Counted from the stretch's first letter, positions 33,801-47,595 are shown. The stretch: 64,000 bases of DNA from Macrostomum lignano (GCA_002269645.1 NIVC01001388.1:62001-126000); one strand, 5' to 3'. The notes: generated by a model from the sequence alone, not told the origin. Numbers and translations: made by a program.

Positions 33801-36800
33801 GAACCATCAGGGCTCGATTCTTGGGGTGAACCATCAGGGCTCGATTCTTGGGGTGAACCATCAGGGCTCGATTCTTGGGGTGAACCATCAGGGCTCGATT
33901 CTTGGGGTGAACCATCAGGGCTCGATTCTTGGGGTGAACCATCAGGGCTCGATTCTTGGGGTGAACCATCAGGGCTCGATTCTTGGGGTGAACCATCAGG
34001 GCTCGATTCTTAGGGTGAACCATTAGGGCTCGATTCTTGGGGTGAACCATCAGGGCTCGATTCTTGGGGTGAACCATCAGGGCTCGATTCTTGGGGTGAA
34101 CCATCAGGGCTCGATTCTTGGGGTGAACCATCAGGGCTCGATTCTTAGGGTGAACCATCAGGGCTCGATTCTTGGGGTGAACCATCAGGGCTCGATTCTT
34201 GGGGTGAACCATCAGGGCTCGATTCTTGGGGTGAACCATCAGGGCTCGATTCTTGGGGTGAACCATCAGGGCTCGATTCTTAGGGTGAACCATCAGGGCT
34301 CGATTCTTGGGGTGAACCATCAGGGCTCGATTCTTGGGGTGAACCATCAGGGCTCGATTCTTGGGGTGAACCATCAGGGCTCGATTCTTGGGGTGAACCA
34401 TCAGGGCTCGATTCTTGGGGTGAACCATCAGGGCTCGATTCTTGGGGTGAACCATCAGGGCTCGATTCTTGGGGTGAACCATCAGGGCTCGATTCTTGGG
34501 GTGAACCATCAGGGCTCGATTCTTGGGGTGAACCATCAGGGCTCGATTCTTGGGTGAACCATCAGGGCTCGATTCTTGGGGTGAACCATCAGGGCTCGAT
34601 TCTTGGGGTGAACCATCAGGGCTCGATTCTTGGGTGAACCATCAGGCTCGATTCTTGGGGTGAACCATCAGGGCTCGATTCTTGGGGTGAACCATCAGGG
34701 CTCGATTCTTGGGGTGAACCATCAGGGCTCGATTCTTAGGGTGAACCATCAGGGCTCGATTCTTAGGGTGAACCATCAGGGCTCGATTCTTGGGGTGAAC
34801 CATCAGGGCTCGATTCTTGGGGTGAACCATCAGGGCTCGATTCTTGGGGTGAACCATCAGGGCTCGATTCTTGGGGTGAACCATCAGGGCTCGATTCTTG
34901 GGGTGAACCATCAGGGCTCGATTCTTGGGGTGAACCATCAGGGCTCGATTCTTAGGGTGAACCATCAGGGCTCGATTCTTGGGGTGAACCATCAGGGCTC
35001 GATTCTTGGGGTGAACCATCAGGGCTCGATTCTTAGGGTGAACCATCAGGGCTCGATTCTTGGGGTGAACCATCAGGGCTCGATTCTTGGGGTGAACCAT
35101 CAGGGCTCGATTCTTGGGTGAACCATCAGGGCTCGATTCTTGGGTGAACCATCAGGGCTCGATTCTTGGGGTGAACCATCAGGGCTCGATTCTTGGGGTG
35201 AACCATCAGGGCTCGATTCTTGGGTGAACCATCAGGGCTCGATTCTTGGGGTGAACCATCAGGGCTCGATTCTTGGGTGAACCATCAGGGCTCGATTCTT
35301 GGGTGAACCATCAGGGCTCGATTCTTGGGTGAACCATCAGGGCTCGATTCTTGGGTGAACCATCAGGGCTCGATTCTTGGGGTGAACCATCAGGGCTCGA
35401 TTGTTGGCGTGAGCCAGTGCCCGATTGTTGGCGTGAGCCAGTGCCCGATTGTTGGCGTGAGCTAGTGCCCGATTGTTGGCGTGACCCAGTGCCCGATTCT
35501 TTGGGTGAGCCAGTGCCCGATTGTTGGCGTGAGCCAGTGCCCGATTGTTGGCGTGACCCAGTGCCCGATTCTTGGGGTGACCCAGTGCCCGATTGTTGGC
35601 GTGAGCCAGTGCCCGATTGTTGGCGTGAGCCAGTGCCCGATTCTTGGGTGACCCAGCCCGATTCTTGGGTGAGCCAGTGCCCGATTGTTGGCGTGACCCA
35701 GCCCGATTCTTGGGTGACCAGTGCCCGATTGTTGGCGTGACCAGTGCCCGATTGTTGGCGTGACCAGTGCCCGATTGTTGGCGTGAGCCAGTGCCCGATT
35801 GTTGGCGTGAGCCAGTGCCCGATTGTTGGCGTGAGCCAGTGCCCGATTGTTGGCGTGAGCCAGTGCCCGATTGTTGGCGTGAGCCAGTGCCCGATTGTTG
35901 GCGTGAGCCAGTGCCCGATTGTTGGCGTGAGCCAGTGCCCGATTGTTGGCGTGAGCCAGTGCCCGATTGTTGGCGTGAGCCAGTGCCCGATTGTTGGCGT
36001 GAGCCAGTGCCCGATTGTTGGCGTGAGCCAGTGCCCGATTGTTGGCGTGAGCCAGTGCCGATTGTTGGCGTGAGCCAGTGCCGATTGTTGGCGTGAGCCA
36101 GTGCTCGATTCTTGGGGTGAATTCCATCAGGGCTCGATTCTTGGGGTGAACCATCAGGGCTCGATTCTTGGGTGAACCATCAGGGCTCGATTCTTGGGGT
36201 GAACCATCAGGGCTCGATTCTTGGGGTGAACCATCAGGGCTCGATTCTTGGGGTGAACCATCAGGGCTCGATTCTTGGGGTGAACCATCAGGGCTCGATT
36301 CTTGGGGTGAACCATCAGGGCTCGATTCTTGGGGTGAACCATCAGGGCTCGATTCTTGGGGTGAACCATCAGGGCTCGATTCTTGGGGTGAACCATCAGG
36401 GCTCGATTCTTGGGGTGAACCATCAGGGCTCGATTCTTGGGTGAACCATCAGGGCTCGATTCTTGGGGTGAACCATCAGGGCTCGATTCTTGGGTGAACC
36501 ATCAGGGCTCGATTCTTGGGGTGAACCATCAGGGCTCGATTCTTGGGTGAACCATCAGGGCTCGATTCTTGGGTGAACCATCAGGGCTCGATTCTTGGGT
36601 GAACCATCAGGGCTCGATTGTTGGCGTGAGCCAGTGCCCGATTGTTGGCGTGAGCCAGTGCCCGATTGTTGGCGTGAGCCAGTGCCCGATTGTTGGCGTG
36701 ACCCAGTGCCCGATTCTTGGGTGACCAGTGCCCGATTGTTGGCGTGAGCCAGTGCCCGATTGTTGGCGTGACCAGTGCCCGATTGTTGGCGTGACCCAGT

Positions 36801-37490
36801 GCCCGATTCTTGGGTGAGCCAGTGCCCGATTGTTGGCGTGAGCCAGTGCCCGATTGTTGGCGTGACCCAGTGCCCGATTCTTTGGGTGAGCCAGTGCCCG
36901 ATTGTTGGCGTGACCCAGTGCCCGATTGTTGGCGTGACCCAGTGCCCGATTCTTTGGGTGAGCCAGTGCCCGATTGTTGGCGTGACCAGTGCCCGATTGT
37001 TGGCGTGAGCCAGTGCCCGATTGTTGGCGTGAGCCAGTGCCCGATTGTTGGCGTGAGCCAGTGCCCGATTGTTGGCGTGAGCCAGTGCCCGATTGTTGGC
37101 GTGAGCCAGTGCCCGATTGTTGGCGTGAGCCAGTGCCCGATTGTTGGCGTGAGCCAGTGCCCGATTGTTGGCGTGAGCCAGTGCCCGATTGTTGGCGTGA
37201 GCCAGTGCCCGATTGTTGGCGTGAGCCAGTGCCCGATTGTTGGCGTGAGCCAGTGCCCGATTGTTGGCGTGAGCCAGTGCCCGATTGTTGGCGTGAGCCA
37301 GTGCCCGATTGTTGGCGTGAGCCAGTGCCCGATTGTTGGCGTGAGCCAGTGCCCGATTGTTGGCGTGAGCCAGTGCCCGATTGTTGGCGTGAGCCAGTGC
37401 CCGATTGTTGGCGTGAGCCAGTGCCCGATTGTTGGCGTGAGCCAGTGCCCGATTGTTGGCGTGAGCCAGTGCCCGCGTGAGCCAGTGCTC
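30850..37490 (+). repeat. Compound minisatellite: 27-bp GGGGTGAACCATCAGGGCTCGATTCTT blocks alternating with related 24-bp GGCGTGAGCCAGTGCCCGATTGTT blocks
   Basis: 27-mer at about 30870-35400 and 36105-36615, 24-mer at about 35400-36105 and 36615-37490. Periods match the 9-aa and 8-aa repeats in the ORF track. Confidence 0.97.
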
Positions 37491-38610
37491 CGACAATAAC
37501 AGAATGCGGCAGCGTCGTTATCACCTGCAATAGGTACCACGACGATCAGACGTACGACGCTTCGAGTATTTACCTAAAAAATTGAGCATATCTAACAGTG
37601 AGTACTAAGCACATGAGCTGACGAGTGTTTATTTTGCTAACGAGCTGGTTTATTGTGCTAAACTTTGCTCGTTGCATTTTGCGCCGTCAGACTACTTGTC
37701 TAAAACTCTAGCTGCAAATACATCTGCTTCTGCTCAGCTTGAGAAGGATTGGAGGCTCAGTGTGAGGCATTTAAAGCTGAGGACTCATCAATACATTGAC
37801 GCTGGATGAATTGGAACATTAATTAGACGCTCGCGACTTACCTTGGCTGGGTGTGTGTACGAGCGTATCTGCGCAATAATAACTAGCACGCTACATCACG
37901 CGTTATATCACGCTTACACAAAAAAACATACTTTTTAAAAAAGTTAACCGAATTTGAATGACACTTATTGGTTGAAGCAGACCGATTTTGGGTGAACAAT
38001 TACTAATCTCAGGGTCATACACGGACACTAGGATAACTGTGTAGGTCGGTCAGTCGCAATAAATTTGCTCATCTACTGTTTTCAGTAGCAAAATTAGCAT
38101 TTTTTGTCTTTATAGTAGATTTTTTACGAGATATTTAAAGCCTTTGAAGCTGCAAAATCGCCTTTGACTTTCTAGAAGCAGATCCATTTGGCAGTTTTTT
38201 CTTGAATCCAGAAATTATCTAGAACGGAATGAATTCAAGATTGGAAATTGCGAGAAAACTGAAAAAACCACAAATCAATTACGTGTGCATAGCGAGCAAG
38301 AGAGAATGGGGTTGGCGCTCCAGACCCCGTCCGTCGAAAGTCCAGCCAACTTATCTAACGGCGAACTTAATAGGATCTCAAGATTTTCCGCATCTCGGAA
38401 GGATATGAAGCTAACGAATACTTTTTTGAGAGCGATGCTGTTCAGGAATTGAGTCATGCTGAGATGCTTCAGTTTCTTAGGTATCACTGCTACCAATAGA
38501 GGCACCATAATGACAATCATCTACTCCTACTTGTTGGAATTTTGAACATAGATGCCGATAGAGAGGTCGATTTTCGTTCCTTCGGGGACTCGAATTTTAG
38601 GCCATAGATT

Positions 38611-38803
38611 GGGCCGTATGCAGAAAGCTCTGTCTAGGGTAGTCCGGTCTTGAAAAGCTAGTCAGGACTTGGATTTGGTATGCAGAAACACAAAGTTAGA
38701 CCGGTCTACTATAGCAGAACTAGGCTAGCTAGACCATAGACTATAGACTGAACTACCCAAGTCCGGACTAGCTAGTCTGGACTAAGCTTTATACATACGG
38801 CCC
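38611..38803. mobile_element. MITE candidate (193 bp), Harbinger-like ends
   Basis: GGGCCGTATGCAGAAAGCT...AGCTTTATACATACGGCCC, with ATT on both flanks (3-bp TSD candidate). Confidence 0.65.
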
Positions 38804-40119
38804 ATTGAGTTTTAGCGGGCGCAGTTAAAATATGCTTGCTCACTTGCTTCTATGTAAGGCTAATCCAGTACACAGCCTTCGCAAGTCCCCTAAAACTCAA
38901 TGACTATGGCCCAATGTTTAGATCTCTAAAATACAGTACAGTCAAACTACTAGAAGTAGTGTGATGAAAATATGTAAAAACCAAAATTTTTAATGTCACG
39001 CGTTCATACCCGATTTTTAGAAGTATCATGAAAACAGCAAATGACTACACCCCGGCTACATCTCTAAGAGATAAGTTTATTCCGATCGGTAAGCTTTTTA
39101 CAAAGTCTTCGTTGTTTAATTATTTAGAGCTGAGTTTAATTTATTGCCAGCCGTTATTGATCAGTTGATTTCTATTGAGTTATTGAATTTGAGATCCACT
39201 GGACCGATTCCGTCCCATACTCTTAGACGAATTATTGATTTGAATGATTTTGGAACTCTACAGTAACAGATAAAAGGGCACACACGACTCCGATTCCGTC
39301 ATTTATAGAAGAAGACGCCCTTTCTGGAGTACCTCATTACTGCTATAGAGTTGATTTTGTCATTAGGGCGCACCTCTGATTCTGATTACTGATCTCGAGG
39401 AATACATTTACGTTGACGGATTAAATTTTTACGTCACTCAAGTGCTCGGAAGAGGGAGTTTTCGAGTGACTGGATCACCACTCTTAAACTCTTCAACATA
39501 TTAGGCTTCAGTGGTAAAATTTAAGAAATTAGTCACCCTCTGTTATGGCACTGATGGCTATTAGTGCATTATATTATTGTAAGAGATGTCCCATATAGAC
39601 ATGCTGAAAATTTACAAGCGCATTAGAGAGCCAAGAGCTCATATTGAGTTTCGAACTCGCAGTTTAGTTTGCGTCACAACTTCAAATCGGTTCATCCCTA
39701 CCCCTAGTCTTTCCTTTGCTTCTCTGGCAAGCACTGACAAGAGTATGATGCCTTGCAGTAGTTTCTTTTCACGATACTATTTTTAGTAGTCCCTGGCTGG
39801 TCTACCATAGATTTTTCATACCATATTGCTTCTAAATGGTTGCCAATCGCAACAGTACAGGCCCGAACATTCAGTATTGAAGGGGGAGGACAGAGTGAGT
39901 AGTTTAAGGTATGAATATTCTCTGAAGTTCCAGCCCGCTATCTATAACTAATTTTAGCGATATTCCCATCCTAATGTCAGGTTCAGTTACTTTAATATAG
40001 AGTCAGAACCGGATATGATTTTCTTATTAAATTTAAAAAAATTAAACTATTGATAATTTCCTTGTTCCCGTTTGACTACGTGCAATCACTCGTACAATTA
40101 GCTTCAGGTCTGCCCTGAC

Positions 40120-41582
40120 CATCACTCCGAATCTCTCCTGGCATTCACTCCGAATCTCTCCTGACATTCACTCCAAATCTCTCCTGACATTCACTCCGAA
40201 TCTCTCCTGACATTCACTCCGAATCTCTCCTGACATTCACTCCAAATCTCTCCTGACATTCACTCCGAATCTCTCCTGACATTCACTCCGAATCTCTCCT
40301 GACATTCACTCCAAATCTCTCCTGACATTCACTCAGAATCTCTCCTGACATTCACTCTGAATCTCTCCTGACATTCACTCCGAATCTCTCCTGACATTCA
40401 CTCCAAATCTCTCCTGACATTCACTCCAAATCTCTCCTGACATTCACTCCAAATCTCTCCTGACATTCACTCAGAACCTCTCTTGACCGTCACTCCGAAT
40501 CTCTCCTGACATTCACTCCGAACCTCTCTTGACCGTCACTCCGAATCTCTCCTGACATTCACTCCGAACCTCTCTTGACCGTCACTCCGAATCTCTCCTG
40601 ACATTCACTCCGAACCTCTCTTGACCGTCACTCCGAATCTCTCCTGACATTCACTCCGAACCTCTCTTGACCGTCACTCCGAATCTCTCCTGACATTCAC
40701 TCCGAACCTCTCTTGACCGTCACTCCGAATCTCTCCTGACATTCACTCCGAACCTCTCTTGACCGTCACTCTGAATCTCTCTTGACCGTCACTCCGAATC
40801 TCTCTTGACCGTCACTCCGAATCTCTCTTGACCGTCACTCCGAATCTCTCTTGACCGTCACTCCGAATCTCTCTTGACCGTCACTCCGAATCTCTCTTGA
40901 CCATCACTCCGAATCTCTCTTGACCATCACTCCGAATCTCTCATAACCATCACTCCGAATATCTCATGATCATCACTCCGAATCTCTCATGACATTCACT
41001 CCGAATCTCTCCTGACATTCCTCCGAATCTCTCCTGACATTCACTCCGAATCTCTGCTGACACTCCTCCGAATCTCTCCTGACATTCACTCCGAATCTCT
41101 CCTGACATTCACTCCGAATCTCTCCTGACATTCACTCCGAATCTCTGCTGACATTCACTCCGAATCTCTCCTGACATTCACTCCGAATCTCTCCTGACAT
41201 TCACTCCGAATCTCTGCTGACATTCACTCCGAATCTCTCCTGACATTCACTCCGAATCTCTCCTGACATTCACTCCGAATCTCTCCTGACATTCCTCCGA
41301 ATCTCTCCTGACATTCACTCCGAATCTCTCCTGACATTCACTCCGAATCTCTCCTGACATTCACTCCGAATCTCTCCTGACATTCCTCCGAATCTCTCCT
41401 GACATTCACTCTGAATCTCTTCTGAAATTCCTCCGAATCTCTCCTGACAATCACTCTGAATCTCTCCTGACATTCCTCCGAATCTCCTGACATTCCTCCG
41501 AATCTCTTGACATTCACTCCGAATCTCTCCTGACATTCACTCCGAATCTCCTGACATTCACTCCGAATCTCTCCTGACATTC
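40120..41582 (-). repeat. 23-bp minisatellite downstream of copy 3, with internal variant blocks
   Basis: TCACTCCGAATCTCTCCTGACAT is the reverse complement of the 9.5-kb unit. Confidence 0.95.
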
Positions 41583-41943
41583 AGTGCACTAACTTTCTGC
41601 AATAATTTACAATTACTGAGTTTGAAAAATAGGCAGAAACTTTGACAGTGTTTTTACTATTCAGAAAATCTATGTGTATTTAACTTAAAAGAAAGCATGT
41701 GAATTTTTTTAGGTAGAATTTGCTTCTAACAGAATATAGGTGGGATAAACTTTGCCAGAATTTAATAAAATCAAATTACTTAAACTTAATCTTCAAACAA
41801 ATTTAAGGCTGCTGAGAAGTAAAAAGTGAAATAATTTTGTTCGTGGAAAAAAGTTGATTTTGAGTATCAGGGAACGCTATTATTTTTTGTAGAGTATTTC
41901 AAAATGTTCGATTCCATCCAACTTTTAAGTTTGCTTGCTGCTT

Positions 41944-42529
41944 TTAGAAGCTGCGCAGGGCAGCGGCCATCAGGAGCGGCACAGTCAGCGTCAGAGGAGC
42001 GGCAGCGCGAACAGCACCGAAGGCGGAGTTGCACTGGTCGGTGGTGCAGTTGGTGCAGGTGTAATAAGACGGGAAGATGCCAATGCAGGCGCCGCAGTCG
42101 CCAGTGTAGGCCTGAGAATGCGAGTGCAATGAGAGCTCAGCTGCTTTGGATGGGGCCAAAAATTCTGAGACAGACTCAATCAGCTCATGCATTTTACTAC
42201 TCACAGTACTGCTGAAATTGGCTTTATAGGTCGTAGGCGAATGGCTATGATATCGCACAATGCTTATCTTCCTGCAGGTGGTGACGGCACTGCCGCACTC
42301 CACTACAGTGGGGGTGCCGCGGAGACCTTCAATGCCCTCATGGCCGTATACCAGACAGCTGATGGCGTGTCCAGCACCTGCGTGTGAGCAGTTTTAGCAG
42401 ATGATATTCAAATTATGTTTATTTTATTGGCAGTAAAAAACTGTGTATTCTACAAGCTTCAGTCAGCTTACCAACTAAGGCGGCCAGGACGCTGAGTCCC
42501 AGGAGAATCGAGTTGGTTTTCTTCAGCAT
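41944..42529 (-). CDS. GPI-anchored three-finger protein, copy 3, 132 aa, 3 exons
   Basis: Exons 42529-42472, 42377-42205, 42111-41944 with GT-AG introns. Protein MLKKTNSILLGLSVLAALVGAGHAISCLVY...VECGSAVTTCRK...GDCGACIGIFPSYYTCTNCTTDQCNSAF...LRSF. Confidence 0.88.
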
Positions 42530-43132
42530 TTTGGTTGCGTATTCAGCAGTTTCTGTGGCAATGAGGCGATTATGAAGCGAAGTGTGAAACCTACATAGAT
42601 GACCCAGAATCCCTACAGCGGTGCGGCTTTTTATGTAGATTGAGAACCTGGGGTGGGGCGTCTGCAGGGGTGGCTGTTAGGGATAGAATCCCCGAAATTT
42701 TTGCCCACCTGTGCGATGGTAGATTGTCCCGGCTATAGCTATCTAGGGGAGGGAAGATTTTGCGTCTATGGCAACTAGACTGACTCAGAGCCCGCTCTTA
42801 GCAACCAAAAGCATTCATCTTAAGCCCCCCCCCGGCTCCCACCACCCACCTCAGCCTCAGCTGCAACTACGAGCAAGACAGATATCCACAGGCACAGTGA
42901 ATGCGACGCGTCACTCCATAAAAACCTGCGGGTTTAAACTAACCAGTTCGTTTGCTTTTATTGCTGGGATGACTTTATGGGATAATGCACTTGGAATCGA
43001 GTGAAGAACCTCCTGCAATGATCTAAGAAATCTTATCAGCTGCTGAAAAAACCTGAAAGTTTCGCTGTGCGGCTTGGTTTCAGATAGATATATCTGAGAG
43101 ATAGGGATATAGATAGGGAGATTGGGAGATTT

Positions 43133-43709
<577 letters not shown>

Positions 43710-44357
43710 CAAGATGGACCCTAACCGATGGCGTGCTGCTCTAAAAGTCCTGACTAACTCTCTGTGCATCATTCAGTTTTTAAATAAGCAGCACTGACCG
43801 TGAGCAGTGTGTTGCAGGCTACGCAGGAAGCAGTCGGACAGAACAATAGGGAAGCATCTCTTAACTGGTAGCCATGGCTACCTTGAGGGAGAGGGAGAGA
43901 GTGAGAGAGGGATAGAGTGAGAGAGGGAGAGTGGGAGAGAGTGGGAGAGTGGGAGAGTGGGACAGAGAGCTACGCCTTCCCACCCCCCTCCCCCCCCCCT
44001 ACGTTCAACTCTGTGCATGCATCGCTTTGTCGGGTAGAGGCGGAAGTGTTGCACTGGTCTTGAAACAATGAACTCCCAAATGAGTACTGAGCTCTTTTTC
44101 TCAGAGCGTCCTTGACGACTAGCTCAAGGAAGCTAGTTGCTAGTAGTAGAAGCAAGTTGAGAGAATTGGGTTGAGTCATTGAGTACTAGTACAGTAGATC
44201 TTAGCCAAGTCAGTTGCTTCTTTCGCTGATGATAAGCATTTAACGTCAGATTTGATGTAAAAAGCATTGTGCGTATTAAACTCAAATATCAGGCAAAACA
44301 TAAGAGGCACATCCACAGACACCGTGGCAACAGTTTTGAACAATCGTTGCAAAACAC

Positions 44358-44830
44358 TCTTGACCGTCACTCCGAATCTCTCTTGACCGTCACTCCGAAT
44401 CTCTCTTGACCGTCACTCCGAATCTCTATTGACCGTCACTCCGAATCTCTCTTGACCGTCACTCCGAATCTCTCTTGACCGTCACTCCGAATCTCTCTTG
44501 ACCGTCACTCCGAATCTCTCTTGACCGTCACTCCGAATCTCTCTTGACCGTCACACCGAATCTCTCTTGACCGTCACTCCGAATCTCTCTTGACCGTCAC
44601 TCCGAATCTCTCTTGACCGTCACTCCGAATCTCTCTTGACCGTCACTCCGAATCTCTCTTGACCGTCACTCCGAATCTCTCTTGACCATCACTCCGAATC
44701 TCTCATAACCATCACTCCGAATATCTCATGATCATCACTCCGAATCTCTCATGACATTCACTCCGAATCTCTCATAACCATCACTCCGAATCTCTCATAA
44801 CCATCACTCCGAATCTCTCATGACCATCAG
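44358..44830 (-). repeat. 23-bp minisatellite, CTTGACCG variant
   Basis: Same variants as 40760-41010. Confidence 0.95.
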
Positions 44831-45974
44831 TCTTTTCAATTTCATCACTACCGCGATCCAGGAGACCATCGAAGAAAATGTGCCGGTGAGAAAAGGCCAT
44901 TGCTAGTCCGCTATGCTAAAAATTGTTTTTCTCTAGGTCATGTTGGTAGGTAAATCGGTAGGCGGCAGGAGCGCGGAGGGGACGGCACCGCGGCTTTCTC
45001 CCAGCCTGCATGGTTGCTATGACAACGTGGTAGGATGAGAGACTCCACTGTTCTCACCCAAACCGCGTGCCCCCAGCACTCAACAGTTTTGTCAGTGAAC
45101 AAGCTCCCAGCTGCGTTACTCACCCCTCTGTCAGAGGCTTTGTTGGGGAATGAGTCGTTAATCCGCCGTTTCTATGGGCAGCCTGGCAGGGCTCGCTTAA
45201 CTCCCCTCCCCACTAGCAGCAGCTCCTGGCCCCTTCCATTTCCATTGCTTAGGGCTCTTTAAAAACATGAAAGCTCACTAAAAGTACTTTTATTTTAGTA
45301 ACTTTGCAAATGGATTGGTGTTGGCAGAAGTTTGGATGAAGTCTGTTAAAGCAGATAGTTTAATTTGAGCCTTTACAATGTGGACTAGCAATCTGTGCCG
45401 CTCCCCTCTCTCGTGTTGGGGGAGTCAACAAGGAAAGTAATATTTTTTTGAATAACCTACATGTAATTTTGTATCTTTAACAATATAATATAGTCTCAGA
45501 GATTAGCACCTCCTGTGAGCTTTGAAATCAAAGCATACCTATAGGCCATGGCTTAATCCTATCTCTCCATTCGATTCTTGGCCTACCGAAAGCTTCCAAA
45601 TTGAGTCTTGGCAGCTCACCAATCCCAAATCTATGAGTCCTTTATAATTGAACCCTTTTCCTAGAACTTTGAGCAATTCCCCTCATTAAACTTGAATCGA
45701 AAGCTACATATAAATCTAAGTGTACGCACGGAGGATCAGAAAAGTAATTAGGACACCTTCACAACTGGCACAGCAGCTCCGAGGTGGCGCGTCTGACCTG
45801 GGCTCGACTCATGACCAACTAAAGCAGGACACTGCATTCGTAACTCGTGAACCAGAGCATGGATGTCAAGTTAGTCCCGAAAAGGAAGCAATGCGCCGCT
45901 TTCACTGCTGCCTGCTGGATCCCTCCCTATAGAATCATCGAAAATCCTGTCTTTCTATCTAGACCCCAGAGGGA

Positions 45975-46286
45975 AAATAATAAATAATAATCATTGATTA
46001 CACCTGTCCATATGGGCAGATGTGCAACCGACAGCTCAGCCGCTGCTATTGCGCGGCTCATCTGAAGGCTGCGTACGGCTGTTCAGTCCAAGGACTGGGG
46101 GGTCGCCACACACACCCTCAGTTATCCCAGCTAATGCTGGCACCCATTTAACAGCTGGGTGAGCTGAAGCAATTGCAGAGTTAAGTGCCTTGCTCAAGGA
46201 CACAACTTGTTCTAGTGGGATCGGGAGTCGAACCCCGGACCTTCAAGTCGTGAGTCCGACGCTCTAACCACTAGGCTAAAAACCCC
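45975..46286 (-). mobile_element. tRNA-derived SINE with Nin/Deu-like central domain, full-length copy
   Basis: Head GGGGTTTTTAGCCTAGTGGTTAG (A box)...GGTTCGACTCC (B box). Core GTGTCCTTGAGCAAGGCACTTAACTC...CACCCAGCTGTTAAATGGGTGCC. (ATT)n tail. Two more copies in the window. Confidence 0.85.
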
Positions 46287-47059
46287 AGTGGTATAATATG
46301 GGATAAAAGGGGATCTATGGCAATTTAAAGCTTCAGAACACCGGCGACAGAGTTTTTACCGGTTTTTAACATGAGTTCCTCAATGGCATACCTACTAGGC
46401 ATTCGAATGCCAAGTACTACCGAAGACTAAATCAAAAAATCCAGAATGCTGGAACATGAAATCAGTTTTTAATGTTTGGTCAGATTGTAAGTCAGATTGT
46501 ATTTTAATGGTAGAACTATTTTTACTTTAGAAATAAAAACTTCCGTGTCATAAGCTGGGTTGGACACCGCCTGAATGAAGATCAGCTTGAAAAAGGCTCG
46601 TAGATTTAAAGATGTTTTAATACAAAACTGCCTACTTCCAGTAGTTTAAGTAGAACAGGAAAGAGAATATTATCTTAATTAAGCTTGTTTAAGAAACGTC
46701 ATTTCAATTAAAAAGCTGTACTTAGGGATATCTGGCAAATTAGAGTTTTTTAGATTAGCTGGACCCATGTGGTACAGCAGGAATACGGCAGGAATGCGGG
46801 ATTGCTTGAGTTCACACAGTTACAGTGCCCCCCCCTTACTTGGCACTGAAGCACTGGTCATTTGGTCATTTGGCCATAGACATCCGCAGGAGGCATGTCT
46901 TGGCGTGCTCCAATAGGTCAGTTCCGCTGTGCCCTGACTCTGCACCACTTTAGTGCAGAAAAACAACATTAGTAGAGAATGAGAATACTAAAAAAGTTCT
47001 AATAAGAGTACTAAAATTTCAAATAGTTGAACTTTTTCTGTTTGTTGAAATATAGCTGA

Positions 47060-47595
47060 CGACCGTAAGAGGACGGAAGCGAGGAGCTGCACGAGCGCAG
47101 TTTCCAGTGTAAATCTGCAAATGAGATGAAGAGACACAAACAGCTATAGTTCGGAAGTGGCTCATTTCATCTTTCTAGCTAGTCTCGGCAGGGAAAACCC
47201 TTGGCCTCGAGTGAACTTTAACTGCCCCATGTGCGAGCACACAGAAGGTATGGACTGAAAGCATGGCTTACAGTGATACTTTGGTTATTTTAGAAGGTGA
47301 GGCTCGTGGCGACCACTGTTCGCGTAAACTGGTACTTGAAGCAGGTGGTGACGCTGCTGCCGCACTTAACGGCTAGAATTGAGCCACCAGCGATGCCCGA
47401 GTAGGTGTACACCATGCAGGTGATGACGTGTCCCGCACCTGTTGATCAAAAAAATTCAGTTGATATTTACGAGGTAGTTTCGAAAGACATCGATTCATTT
47501 TTTTAGCACTAGCATGCAGGTTGAACAGCCTCATCTTACCAACCAGAGCGGGCCAGGACTAGAATAGCCAAGCAGTTTGAGCTGGTCGCGTGCGG
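47060..47595 (-). pseudogene. Three-finger gene copy 4, pseudogene
   Basis: Exon 1 (to 47540) lacks an ATG and has a 1-bp insertion. Exon 2 (47438-47272) has an in-frame TAA after ...TSLTF. Exon 3 (from 47114) has a 1-bp deletion and stops matching before the DxCN/GPI part. Confidence 0.82.

Noticed and set aside
30793-37540. Long repetitive ORFs (MVHPKNRAL, PDCWREPV, AHANNRAL)
   Set aside because: Unit lengths of 27 and 24 are multiples of 3, so stop-free frames are expected. Frequent 1-bp indels argue against coding.
38290-39290. Exon-like open stretches (FRISEGYEANEYFFESDAVQELSH..., VIDQLISIELLNL...)
   Set aside because: No recognisable domain and no consistent splice model. RNA-seq would be needed.
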